A DNA stretch of 56,791 nucleotides. Origin: Myxococcota bacterium (GTDB lineage: Bacteria > Myxococcota > JACRCW01). Below are positions 10,092 to 19,172 of this stretch, piece after piece. Where the stretch lies: the NCBI GenBank assembly GCA_040752415.1, contig JBFMGU010000031.1, positions 1 through 56,791 of the forward strand, in the 5' to 3' direction. The position numbers were made by a program, and so were the translations under genes. The first letter of the stretch is position 1, and each line of letters opens with the position of its first letter. The notes beneath the pieces were generated by a model. That model saw only the letters and a list, made by a program, of their open reading frames with translations, searched no databases and was not told the origin of the DNA.

Positions 10092-11830
10092 GATCCCGTG
10101 GGGCAAGCATTCCTGCCTGTCTTTCCCTCGGACTCTCCGTCCTCACGCTCCTCTCCGCGTGCAAGAAGCCCGAGGCCGCCGCCACCGCCAACACCGCCGC
10201 TTCCGTCGTCACGCCGGCGAACGCGGGCCCGCGTCGCGTGACCATTGCCACCTCGCAGGAGCCGGACACGCTGCTGTCCATGTTCGCGGAGGTGGGCGCG
10301 GCGCAGCAGGTGATCGAGGCGGGCGTTCGCTGGCTCACGTACTTTGACCGCGAGTGGAAGCTCCAGCCGGGTCTCGCCGTCGAGATTCCCACGCTGCAGA
10401 ACGGTGGCGTGGTGCTGCTGGATGGGTCGGGCGCGGTGGTGAAGGACGTGGCATCCGCGCGCAAGATGCGGGTGACCTGGAAGCTGCACCCGGAAGCGCG
10501 CTGGGCCGACGGCACGCCAGTGACCGCGCACGACTTCATCTTCGCCCACGAGGTGCTGGCCGACCCCACGCAGGAGGTGCGGGACCGGACCGTGGTGGAG
10601 AAGGTGGAGAAGCTGGAGGCGCAGGACGAGAAGACGCTGGTAGTCCACTGGAAGGAGCCGTACGCGTTCTACCTGGCGTACCGGAACCACCCCGCGCTGC
10701 CGCGTCACGCGCTCGAGAAGGCCTATCGTGTCGACGGGGGGCGGACGCTGAGCCTCAAGAAGAGCGAGTTCGGTCGCGCACCGCTGCTCTACGGGCCGTT
10801 CATGTTCCAGGAGTGGAAGCCCGGCGAGTACATCCGTCTGGTGCGCAACCCACACGCGCATCTCAAGCCCGTCGTCGACGAGGTCATCTGGCGGTTCGTC
10901 CCCAAGGATTCCAGCGCGGTGGCCATGTTGGAGACCGGCGCCGTGGATGCCATCTCCCCCGACGGAACCGTGACGCCCGACGCCGCGCTGGAGCTGTTGC
11001 AGCGTCGGCCCAACGACTTCGTGGTGGATTTCCAGCCGGGCATGGTGTGGGCGCACGTCGACGTGAACGTCGAGAACGCGTGGCTGCAGGACAAGCGCGT
11101 GCGCCAGGCGTTGTTGCACGCATTGGATCGGCAGGGGGCCATCAACGCGGTGTTCAAGGGTCGCTACCTGGTGAGCCACGGACTCTTCCCGGACCGCCAC
11201 CCGGGTCACCATGCCGCGCTCAAGCAGTTCGCCTTTGACGCCGCGCGCGCCGACGTGCTGCTGACGGAAGCCGGCTGGAAGAAGGGCCCCGACGGAATCC
11301 GCGTCAATGGCAAGGGTGAGCGCCTGGTGCTGGAGCTGGTCTACGCCACGGGCCAGAAGTCCACCGACGATCTCCTGCAGATCTTCCAGAGCAACCTGAA
11401 GAACGTGGGCGTGGAGCTGAAGCTGCTGGGCTCACCGCCCAAGGTGTTCTTTGGCGAGACGCTGAAGCACCGCAAGAGCCAGCACCTGGCGTTCTACGCG
11501 TGGGTGACCGACCCGTTCGGCTACGCGGAGACCATCCTGCCCAGCCACCAGATTCCGTCGGAGAAGAACAGCTGGCAGGGCACCAACTACATGGGCTACC
11601 GCAACACGGAGGCCGACAAGCTGGTGGCGGAAATCCCGCGTGAGCTGGACGCGGAAGCGCGCGCGGCCAAGCAGCGTCGTCTCAATGACCTGTTTGTCGA
11701 CGAGCTGCCCATCCTTCCCATCTACACGCGCCCGGTGGTGAGCATTGCGCGCAAGGGCTTCCAGAACTGGGCCCCGACGGGAACGCAGACCACGGTGAGC
11801 TGGAACGCGGAGCGCTGGTCGCTGCAGTGA
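10088..11830 (+). CDS. Peptide ABC transporter substrate-binding lipoprotein (family 5)
   Basis: Lipobox LSAC; QEPDTL, RWADGTPVTAHDF, GPFMFQEWKPGEYIRL, DKRVRQAL..ALDR motifs. ATGA overlap with the upstream gene. Confidence 0.9.
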   Translation: MRSRGASIPACLSLGLSVLTLLSACKKPEAAATANTAASVVTPANAGPRRVTIATSQEPDTLLSMFAEVGAAQQVIEAGVRWLTYFDREWKLQPGLAVEIPTLQNGGVVLLDGSGAVVKDVASARKMRVTWKLHPEARWADGTPVTAHDFIFAHEVLADPTQEVRDRTVVEKVEKLEAQDEKTLVVHWKEPYAFYLAYRNHPALPRHALEKAYRVDGGRTLSLKKSEFGRAPLLYGPFMFQEWKPGEYIRLVRNPHAHLKPVVDEVIWRFVPKDSSAVAMLETGAVDAISPDGTVTPDAALELLQRRPNDFVVDFQPGMVWAHVDVNVENAWLQDKRVRQALLHALDRQGAINAVFKGRYLVSHGLFPDRHPGHHAALKQFAFDAARADVLLTEAGWKKGPDGIRVNGKGERLVLELVYATGQKSTDDLLQIFQSNLKNVGVELKLLGSPPKVFFGETLKHRKSQHLAFYAWVTDPFGYAETILPSHQIPSEKNSWQGTNYMGYRNTEADKLVAEIPRELDAEARAAKQRRLNDLFVDELPILPIYTRPVVSIARKGFQNWAPTGTQTTVSWNAERWSLQ

Positions 11831-11848
11831 ACCGGTCCTGACCGCGCC

Positions 11849-12244
11849 TCACGACCGCGCGCGGTTGGGAATCTGGCACACCGCGGTGCCCATGATTTGT
11901 CGACGGTACCGCGCAATCACGCGATAGATCGGCGGCCCCACCAGCCGTGACACGACGGGGAAATACAGGAACGGCACCACCGGCCACAGCCGCGGCAGCT
12001 TCCGGGCAATCTGTCGCAGCGCGAAGAAGCCGCCGTGCACGTGTCCGTCGTCGGTGCGCACCAGCATCTCGCGGTCGGCGCGGGCGGGGTCCATCTCCGG
12101 GGCACGCGCCTTGAGGCCTTCCTCGTCCTGGTAGGGGATGAACTCCAGGTGCTTCTCCCCCGGATCAAACCGCGTCAGCCAGCCCACCGACGACTGACAC
12201 AAGCCACACTGCCCGTCGAAGACCACCAGCAGCTTCCCGCTCAT
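11849..12244 (-). CDS. DCC1-like / DUF393 thiol-disulfide oxidoreductase
   Basis: N-terminal VVFDGQCGLC (DxxCxxC) and C-terminal YRVIARYR; ATGA overlap with the M20 gene. Confidence 0.85.
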   Translation of the reverse strand: MSGKLLVVFDGQCGLCQSSVGWLTRFDPGEKHLEFIPYQDEEGLKARAPEMDPARADREMLVRTDDGHVHGGFFALRQIARKLPRLWPVVPFLYFPVVSRLVGPPIYRVIARYRRQIMGTAVCQIPNRARS

Positions 12245-13593
12245 GTCGACCATCTCCTGACCACGCGGTGCAGCACGTCAAAGCCCCAGCGGAACCCCTC
12301 GGCGTGAACGCGTTCGTCGTGGCCATGATACATCTTGCTGAACACCACGCTCCCCTTGGGGAACCGGGTGGGGGCAAACCCGTAACAGACCGTTCCCAGC
12401 CGTCCGTAGGCTTTAGCGTCGGTGTACCCGGGAATCATGTACGGCACCGGAATCCCGCCGGGATCCGCCTGTTTCAGCTCGTCCACCAGCAGCGCAAACA
12501 GGGGCGTGTCCGGCGAGAAGGTCAGCGGAGGATCCTCGCTCTCCACCAGGATCTCCACGTCGGCGCCAATGCGCTCGCGGACCTCGCGGACCAGGTCGCG
12601 CGCGTCGTGGCCGGGCAGGGTGCGACCATCCAGCTGCGCCCGCGCCTCCGAGGGAATCACGTTCACCTTGTCGCCCGCGCGCAGCACGGTGGCGCTCACG
12701 GTGTCCGCCAGCGCCGCGGCAAAGCTGGCCCGCAGGTGCGCCGGCAGCACATTGTCGACGACGAATCCCGCCGTCTTCTCGTTGAGCAGCAGCGGCAGGG
12801 CCAGGCGTGCGGGGATGGGCTGCGTGGAGGCAAGCTGCTCGATGAAACGTCGCACCGCGGGCGTGATGTGCAGCGGGAGCCGTGCGCCGCCGAGCTTGTG
12901 CAGCGCGTTGGCGAGGTGCAGCACCGCCTGGTTTCCGTGCGGCATGGAGCCGTGGCCGGGGTCGCCGCGCGCGGTGAGCGTGAGTCGCACGGTGCCTTTC
13001 TCCGCCACCTGGATGGGCCAGTAGCGCACCGGGCCGATGTCGAGCGGGAACGCGCCCACCTCGCCCAGCGCGTATTCCGCGCGCAAGAGGTCCGCGTGCT
13101 CGTTGACCAGGAACTTGCTGCCGTGGATGCAGCCCGCCTCCTCGTCGGCGGCGCCGGCGAGGATGATGTCCCGCTTGAGCGTGCGGCCCTCCTCCTTGAG
13201 CGCAATCAGGACGTGCGCGCTCATGGCCGCCATGTGCTTGCAGTCAATGGCCCCGCGACCCCACACCCACCCATCCTTCTCCTCGGCGGAGAATGGCGGC
13301 ATGGACCACTTCTCCGCTTCCGCGGGGACCACGTCCAGGTGCGCGTGCAGGAGCAGCGGGGGCAGGGTGCCGTCGCCCTTGAGGCGGACCACCACGTTGT
13401 CGCGACCGGCGGACTTGTGCAGCAGTCGCGGCTCCAGGCCTGCGCCGAAGAGCGTCTCGGCGAGCAGCTCCGCGGCGGGCGTCTCGTTGCCCGGCGGGTT
13501 GCTGGTGTCCAGGCGGAGCAGGGCCTTGAGGGTGGACAACGCCGCGTGGGCGTGGGTCGGGGTGTTGGTGGGGGCGTGGGTCTGGGTGGTCAT
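12241..13593 (-). CDS. M20/M25/M40 family metallopeptidase
   Basis: DTSNPPGNE, HAHLDVVP, WGRGAIDCK, ADEEAG, AEKG, GHGS, GYTDA, HGHDER. Start placed at MTTQ (13593), not at the longer ORF start. Confidence 0.9.
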   Translation of the reverse strand: MTTQTHAPTNTPTHAHAALSTLKALLRLDTSNPPGNETPAAELLAETLFGAGLEPRLLHKSAGRDNVVVRLKGDGTLPPLLLHAHLDVVPAEAEKWSMPPFSAEEKDGWVWGRGAIDCKHMAAMSAHVLIALKEEGRTLKRDIILAGAADEEAGCIHGSKFLVNEHADLLRAEYALGEVGAFPLDIGPVRYWPIQVAEKGTVRLTLTARGDPGHGSMPHGNQAVLHLANALHKLGGARLPLHITPAVRRFIEQLASTQPIPARLALPLLLNEKTAGFVVDNVLPAHLRASFAAALADTVSATVLRAGDKVNVIPSEARAQLDGRTLPGHDARDLVREVRERIGADVEILVESEDPPLTFSPDTPLFALLVDELKQADPGGIPVPYMIPGYTDAKAYGRLGTVCYGFAPTRFPKGSVVFSKMYHGHDERVHAEGFRWGFDVLHRVVRRWST

Positions 13594-13656
13594 GAGGGAG
13601 TTGTCGTGGGGGGCGGGAGGCACTACTAGCAGCGCGCACGCCCGGAGCGCCTCTGC

Positions 13657-14070
13657 ATGCGCCAGCTCTTGCTCATCACCGCGGTCCTGTCCGTCCTCTG
13701 TGGCGGATGCATGTTCCTGCCCCGACCGCCCATCCAGCAGGGTCTGCGCATCACCAATGACCGCTTCGAGGTGATCCGCCTCAACAAGAGCCAGCTCAGC
13801 CCGGACCAGCGCAAGGTCCTCGCCGACAGCGGCACGCCCTCGCACATCGTCTTCGAGAGCGAGCTGAAGACGGGCAAGCCGGTGCAGCGCTGGGTCTACA
13901 CCAAGGACAACGTGATCTACGTGTTCCTCGACGGAAAGAAGGTGGATTACGTGGAGGTGGAGAGCACCGGCTCGGCGAGCCTCCTGGATCCCAGCCAGGC
14001 GGAAGAGGGGCCGTTGCTGGTGGCGTGGAAGTGGATTCAGCTGCTGGGGCACTGGCTGCGTCGCTATTGA
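13657..14070 (+). CDS. Hypothetical lipoprotein
   Basis: Hydrophobic signal with LCGGC; typical codon usage; GTP...WVY pattern reminiscent of SmpA/OmlA-like small lipoproteins. Confidence 0.6.
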   Translation: MRQLLLITAVLSVLCGGCMFLPRPPIQQGLRITNDRFEVIRLNKSQLSPDQRKVLADSGTPSHIVFESELKTGKPVQRWVYTKDNVIYVFLDGKKVDYVEVESTGSASLLDPSQAEEGPLLVAWKWIQLLGHWLRRY

Positions 14071-14540
14071 GGCTCATCTACGCCGGCGTGGGTGCGCTCA
14101 GCGCCAAGGACCCGCTGGACCAGGCCGCGCAGGACTACGCGCAGCGTCTCACGCACTACACGCGCTTTGAGCTGAGGACGGTGGAGGCCGTGGCCCGCAA
14201 GGGCGGCGCCTCCGACGAGAAAATCGAGTCCGAGGAAGCCGCGCGTCTGCGCAAGCTCATGCCCGCGCGCGCCTGGCAGGTGGCCCTGGACGAGCGCGGC
14301 AAGCTCCACACCACCGACGCACTCTCCAAGCGCCTCAGCACGTGGCTGAACAGCGGTCGGGACGTGATCCTGTACCAGGGTGGCCCCACGGGGCTGTCTG
14401 ACGAGCTGAAGGCCAGCTGCGACGAGACCTGGTCGCTCTCTCCATTGACGTTGCCGCACCGGCTGGCGCGCGTGGTGGCGTTGGAAGCGCTCTACCGCGC
14501 CTTCACCGTGCTGCGCGGCGAGCCGTACCACCGCGCGTGA
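14067..14540 (+). CDS. rlmH: 23S rRNA (pseudouridine1915-N3)-methyltransferase
   Basis: TTG start overlapping the upstream TGA; ALDERGK, GGPTGLS, WSLSPLTLPHRLARVVALEALYRAFT...EPYHR. Confidence 0.92.
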   Translation: MRLIYAGVGALSAKDPLDQAAQDYAQRLTHYTRFELRTVEAVARKGGASDEKIESEEAARLRKLMPARAWQVALDERGKLHTTDALSKRLSTWLNSGRDVILYQGGPTGLSDELKASCDETWSLSPLTLPHRLARVVALEALYRAFTVLRGEPYHRA

Positions 14541-14543
14541 AGC

Positions 14544-15071
14544 TCACTTCTTGGGCGCGGCCTTCTGCTGCGCGGCCAGCAGCTTCCTGAGCTCGGCCAT
14601 CACTTCGTCGTCGTGGCCGTCGGGCTTGACGGTGGGCCACACCGCCGCCACGCGACCATCCGGCCCAATCAGCACCGTCATGCGGCTGGCCATGACGCCG
14701 TTCCACATGCCGTAGTCCTTCATGAGTTTGCGCTCGGGGTCGACGAGCAGCGGGAAGGTGATGCCGTACTTCTGCTTGAACTCCTTGTGGCTCTGCGCGT
14801 CCTGGCCGCTCACACCCAGCACCACCGCACCCAGCGCCTGGAAATCCTTGTGCGCCTCGGTGAACTGCTTGGCCTCGACGGTGCACCCGGGCGTGTCGTC
14901 CTTTGGGTAGCTGTAGAGCACCACCGGGGAGCCGCGCAGGTCCTTCAGCCGGATGGTGTTGCCCTGCTCGTCGACGGCGGTGAAGTCCGGGGCCATCTCG
15001 CCCACTTTCGGCAGCGCGTCGGCGTTGGCGCAGGTCAGCAGGCCCATCAGGGCGAACAGCACGGTACGCAT
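14544..15071 (-). CDS. bcp: Peroxiredoxin, BCP/PrxQ family, with N-terminal signal peptide
   Basis: GAGGAGG RBS; APDFT, YPKDDTPGCTVEA, GVS.QD..SH..F, FPLLVD. Leader MRTVLFALMGLLTCANADA. Confidence 0.85.
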   Translation of the reverse strand: MRTVLFALMGLLTCANADALPKVGEMAPDFTAVDEQGNTIRLKDLRGSPVVLYSYPKDDTPGCTVEAKQFTEAHKDFQALGAVVLGVSGQDAQSHKEFKQKYGITFPLLVDPERKLMKDYGMWNGVMASRMTVLIGPDGRVAAVWPTVKPDGHDDEVMAELRKLLAAQQKAAPKK

Positions 15072-15096
15072 GGGGTTCCTCCTCGTCGTGGCGGTG

Positions 15097-15774
15097 TCAG
15101 CAACCGGGTGCACGGCAGATTCCCTTCTGGCGCGCCTTCTCCGCCAGCTCGTCGGCCAGGGCCAGTGTCTTCTCCACCGCGGCCAACGCGCGCGCCTGGC
15201 TGGCCTCGTCGACGCACAGCCTGCGCAGCATCCCCGCGCCCAGCTCGTGGTGGTGGCTCTCGTCGGGCTGGATGCGCCGCTCGTACAGCGCGGCGGTGTG
15301 CACGTCCCCGCGCTTGCGACACAACGCAATGAACTGCTGGTTCTTCACGCACGCCAGCGCCTCGCGCGCAAACGGGCCCGCGGCCATCTGCTCCACGGGG
15401 TCGGTGAGGGGCAGCAGGAAGCTGTACAGCGGCGAGCGCGGGTTCTCGCGGAAGGGGTCCCAGCCGGTGACGTCGACGTCCAGCTCGCGCAGTCGCGCGG
15501 CGATGAGCCCGTAGTGTTTGGCCTCGTCGCCGGCCTGGCGGGCGAGGAGCAGCTTCAGCTCGGCGGCGAGGGGCAGCGAGTCGCTCACGCCCGCCAGCCA
15601 GCGACCGGCCACCTCCGTGGCTTCCAGCTCGTTCTTGAGGGCCAGGCGCAGGAGCACGGGGATCTCCAGGCTGCCCTTGCTCTCAAAGGTCAGCGCCTCG
15701 GTCTCGCCCAGCTCGGCGAGGCGGCGGTCCACCAGGGCGCGCAGCTGCGCGACGAATGCGTCGGGGGAGGTCAT
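15097..15774 (-). CDS. Ferritin-like di-iron domain protein
   Basis: ALKNELEA, QAGDEAKHY, REALA, IQPDESHHH: two ExxH motifs spaced as in a four-helix bundle. Ends GICRAPGC. Confidence 0.75.
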   Translation of the reverse strand: MTSPDAFVAQLRALVDRRLAELGETEALTFESKGSLEIPVLLRLALKNELEATEVAGRWLAGVSDSLPLAAELKLLLARQAGDEAKHYGLIAARLRELDVDVTGWDPFRENPRSPLYSFLLPLTDPVEQMAAGPFAREALACVKNQQFIALCRKRGDVHTAALYERRIQPDESHHHELGAGMLRRLCVDEASQARALAAVEKTLALADELAEKARQKGICRAPGC

Positions 15775-15870
15775 GGGACGTCGGAGCTAACGGCGCGCCG
15801 CCCCGCTTCGCAAGCGTCACGCAAGCTGAGGCTTGGCCGGGGCGGGGGTGGCGGGGCAAGATGCGCGCCC

Positions 15871-17712
15871 GTGAGAGCCATCCGGTTGGGCGTGGTGGTG
15901 GGGATGCTGACGGTGCTGCTGCCGATGGTGGCGCACGCGCAGGGAATCAGCCCACGCCTGCAGAAGCAGCTGGAGGAGGAGAAGCGCCGCGCCGAGGAGG
16001 AGGAGGCCGCGCGCAAGGCCGCCGAGGCCGCGGCGGTGCCGCAGAAGCCCTATCCCGGGTTGTCGTCGGAAGACGCCTCGGTGCGCCTGCTGGAGGCCTC
16101 CCGGCTCGGTCGCATCCGGGATCCCGCGGCGGCGGAGGCGTTGTTGGCGGTGTTGGTGGAGGATCCGGATCCGGAGGTCCGCGCGCGGGCCGCGTGGGCG
16201 CTCGGGCGGATCCGGCATGAGCCCGCGGTTCCACAGCTTGCTGCCGCGCTGGCCGGCGACTCCTCCCGTCGGGTGCGACGCGCTGCGGCCTTGGCGCTCG
16301 GCGACATTGGCACCATGGACGCGCGCAAGGCGCTGGTGGCGCGTGTCCAGGACGAGGATTCCCGCGTCGCCGCGGCGGCCATCGAGGGCCTGGGAAGGAC
16401 CGGCAGCGCCGAAGTGCGCGCGCCCCTGCTCGACGCTGCGCGTGATCCCCGCGCCCTGGTGAGCCTCACCGCCAAGCGCACCCTGGCCACGCTCCCCAAG
16501 CCCGCCCCCGCGACCACCGCCCGCGTCCCCCTCGCCGACGTGTGCGGCCGCATGCGTCCCGACGTGTTGTGGTGGACGCAACCGCAGGATTGCACGTGGC
16601 GTCGCGACGTCAGCGACGGTGCCTGGGGCGACCCGTTCCTCGTCCTCACCGGCGCGGTGCTGGGCGGCGCGGGCGGCGCGCTGGCCTTGGACGCGGTGCG
16701 ACCGGGACGGACCGGAGTGCGCGTCACCCCCAAGCGCTCCACGGTGGCCGACAACAGCGCCGCGCCGCTGGAACGCGCCATCCTCGGGGCCATCGGCGGA
16801 AGCATGGGCGCGGGCACCGCGTTGGCGTGGACGCTGATTGACGACGTCACCATGAGTCGCGCGGGGCTGATTGCGTTCCTGGCCGCGCAGGGCGTGGGGA
16901 CGGGCGCGGGGCTGGCGTTGTCGATGTCGATGCCGCGCAACGCCGCGGTGGGAACCATGTTGCTGACGGGAACCTTCGCCACGGTGGCGGCGACGCTGGT
17001 GACCTGGGTGCCGGGGGACTTCAGCTACGGCGACGTGGCGTGGGTCTGGACCAGCGCGGCGCTCGGCGCGGGCCTGGGCACGCTGGCGATGCTGACGGTG
17101 ATTCCCTCGCGCGTGGGGCGACAGCGCGGTCGTGAGGGCTACGTGCATGACCTCGGCGCGGACCTGTTCCCCGGGCTCATCAGCGAATCACCCTTCGTGC
17201 TCCCCTGGGGCGAGGTGGGGCGCCTGGAGCTCGCGCTGGGCGCCGGTCTCCTCACCAGCGGCGTGACCACGTTGCTCTCCGTGGCGACGATCCCCTTCTA
17301 CGAGGTGGGCATCACCCGCGCGCTCGCCACGCTCGGCGCCGCCATGTTGGGCGCCATGGCGACGTCGGCGTTGGTGGCCGCGCCTGCGTTTCTCCTCGGA
17401 GATCCCCCGGCGCCCCCGGGCTCGGGCGGCGCGCCGCCAACGCCGGAGCGCGTGGGCACGGGGCTGGCCATCCTCGGCGGAGCGGCGGCGGGCGCGGTGG
17501 CTTTCGCGCTGTGGCCCAATGATCCGGGGCAGGGACCCCTCGTCGTGTTCGAGCGGCCGCGCTCCTCGCGTTCCGCGCGTGCCCGCCGTCCCCAGGGTCC
17601 GCTCACCCTCACGCCGCCCACGGTTGCGGTGATGCCGCCCCTGCCCGCGCTCGGTTCCGAGGGGCCCAGCGGCGCCGGCGTCTACGTGGGCCTCATCAAC
17701 GCGCGCTACTGA
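15871..17712 (+). CDS. Exported HEAT-repeat protein with a Gly/Ala-rich multi-helix membrane region
   Basis: Signal ending AHA-Q (start GTG 15871 or ATG 15904); D..P.VR..AA.ALG HEAT repeats; many GxxxG hydrophobic helices; aromatic C-terminal residue. Confidence 0.65.
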   Translation: MRAIRLGVVVGMLTVLLPMVAHAQGISPRLQKQLEEEKRRAEEEEAARKAAEAAAVPQKPYPGLSSEDASVRLLEASRLGRIRDPAAAEALLAVLVEDPDPEVRARAAWALGRIRHEPAVPQLAAALAGDSSRRVRRAAALALGDIGTMDARKALVARVQDEDSRVAAAAIEGLGRTGSAEVRAPLLDAARDPRALVSLTAKRTLATLPKPAPATTARVPLADVCGRMRPDVLWWTQPQDCTWRRDVSDGAWGDPFLVLTGAVLGGAGGALALDAVRPGRTGVRVTPKRSTVADNSAAPLERAILGAIGGSMGAGTALAWTLIDDVTMSRAGLIAFLAAQGVGTGAGLALSMSMPRNAAVGTMLLTGTFATVAATLVTWVPGDFSYGDVAWVWTSAALGAGLGTLAMLTVIPSRVGRQRGREGYVHDLGADLFPGLISESPFVLPWGEVGRLELALGAGLLTSGVTTLLSVATIPFYEVGITRALATLGAAMLGAMATSALVAAPAFLLGDPPAPPGSGGAPPTPERVGTGLAILGGAAAGAVAFALWPNDPGQGPLVVFERPRSSRSARARRPQGPLTLTPPTVAVMPPLPALGSEGPSGAGVYVGLINARY

Positions 17713-17790
17713 CGCCATCGCGGGCTTTGGCGGTGAGGGTCCGCCCACAACAGCTTGAACCTGCCGCGGCGAGACCCTAAGGACGGCGCC

Positions 17791-18636
17791 ATGGTGCTCA
17801 TCCCCCAAACCAATCCCACCATGCTCGGGAACGTTCCGCTTGGCGGCGGCGCGCCTCCTGTCCTCATTGCCGGCCCGTGCATTGCGGAGCACTACGAGAT
17901 GGCGCGCTCCTACGCCGAGCGACTGAAGGAGATCACCACGCGCCACAAGGTGCCCTTCGTCTTCAAGGCCAGCTACGACAAGGCCAACCGCACCTCCGGC
18001 CAGAGCTACCGCGGCCCGGGGCTCAAGGAGGGCCTGGCGTTCCTGGGCAAGGCGGCCAGGGAAGTGGGCGTGCCGCTGCTCGTCGACGTGCACGAGTGCC
18101 ACCAGGTGGGCCCCGCCGCGGAAGTGGCCGACGTGATCCAGGTGCCCGCGTTCCTCTCGCGCCAGACGGACCTCGTCGAGGAATGCGCGCGCTCCGGCAA
18201 GGCGGTGAACGTCAAGAAGGGCCAGTTCCTCGCCCCTGACGACGTGGTGCACATCCTCTCCAAGGCCTGGGAGGCGGGGGCGAAGAACGTGTCCATCACG
18301 GAGCGGGGGAGCACCTTCGGGTACCACAACCTCGTCGTGGACATGCGCGGGCTGTGGCAGATGCGGCAGTACAAGGCGCCGGTGATCTTCGACGCCACGC
18401 ACAGCGTGCAGCTCCCGGGCGGCGCGGGTGGCTCGTCGGGGGGGCAGCGGGAGTTCGTGGCGCCGTTGGCGCGCGCCGCGGCGGCGGTGGGCGTGGACGG
18501 CTTCTACATGGAGGTCCACCACGACCCGCCCAAGGCCAAGAGCGACGGCCCCAACGCGCTCACCTTCGAGATGCTGGACGAGCTGCTGACCGATCTCGTG
18601 CGCATCAACAACGCGGTGCGCGGGCAGGGCGCATGA
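17791..18636 (+). CDS. kdsA: KDO 8-phosphate synthase
   Basis: IAGPC, FKASYDKANRTS, PAFLSRQTDL, VKKGQF, ERGSTFGY, FDATHSVQ, SDGPN. Confidence 0.97.
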   Translation: MVLIPQTNPTMLGNVPLGGGAPPVLIAGPCIAEHYEMARSYAERLKEITTRHKVPFVFKASYDKANRTSGQSYRGPGLKEGLAFLGKAAREVGVPLLVDVHECHQVGPAAEVADVIQVPAFLSRQTDLVEECARSGKAVNVKKGQFLAPDDVVHILSKAWEAGAKNVSITERGSTFGYHNLVVDMRGLWQMRQYKAPVIFDATHSVQLPGGAGGSSGGQREFVAPLARAAAAVGVDGFYMEVHHDPPKAKSDGPNALTFEMLDELLTDLVRINNAVRGQGA

Positions 18637-19172
18637 CAGGGCGGCCGTCGCGGGAGCGGCTCAGCGCGGTGCAGCTCGTCGTCTTCGACGTGGACGGCGT
18701 GCTCACCGACGGGCGCCTGCACTGCTCGGCCAGCGGTGAGATCACCCACGCCTTCCACGTGCGCGACGGGCTCGCGTTCATGAAGGCCTTCCTGGCCCGT
18801 TTCCCCGTGGCCATCATCTCGGGACGACACAGCGCCGGCGTGGCGCGTCGCCTGCGCGAGCTGCGGGTCACGCACATCACCCAGGGCTCGGCCAACAAGA
18901 GCGGCTCGTTGCTGTCCCTCTGCGACGAGGTGGGCATCAATCCCCAGGCCACCGCGTTCGTGGGTGACGACGTCAACGACCTCCCCGCCATGCGCGAGGT
19001 GGGTCTGCCGGTGTGCGTGGCCGACGCGGTGCCCGAGGTGAAGAGCTACCTGGCGGAGCGCGGCGGCTGGGTGCTGGGCACGCCGGGTGGCGCCGGTGCC
19101 GGGCGTGAGGTGTTGCAGGCGGTGCTGGAAGCGCGCGGCTTGTGGAAGCCGGAACTGGATCAGGGACCATGA
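18633..19172 (+). CDS. kdsC: KDO 8-phosphate phosphatase
   Basis: FDVDGVLTDG, FHVRDG, ISGR, GDDVNDL, GG.GA.RE; ATGA overlap with kdsA. Confidence 0.92.
   Translation: MTGRPSRERLSAVQLVVFDVDGVLTDGRLHCSASGEITHAFHVRDGLAFMKAFLARFPVAIISGRHSAGVARRLRELRVTHITQGSANKSGSLLSLCDEVGINPQATAFVGDDVNDLPAMREVGLPVCVADAVPEVKSYLAERGGWVLGTPGGAGAGREVLQAVLEARGLWKPELDQGP

Noticed and set aside
659..10106. Long minus-strand ORFs (659-2563, 2591-5899, 5890-7551, 7638-10106)
   Set aside because: Antisense shadows of strongly GC3-biased genes; no recognisable motifs.
15097..15102. GC-TGA end of the ferritin-like gene as possible selenocysteine
   Set aside because: Read-through would run out of frame over the bcp RBS and coding region, and no SECIS-like hairpin is evident.
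14953..15870. N-terminal extension of the 919-aa ORF, and similar extensions at 14052, 15329, 18354, 24954 and 50647
   Set aside because: They overlap real neighbouring genes or intergenic DNA; signal peptides, RBS and stop/start overlaps point to downstream starts.
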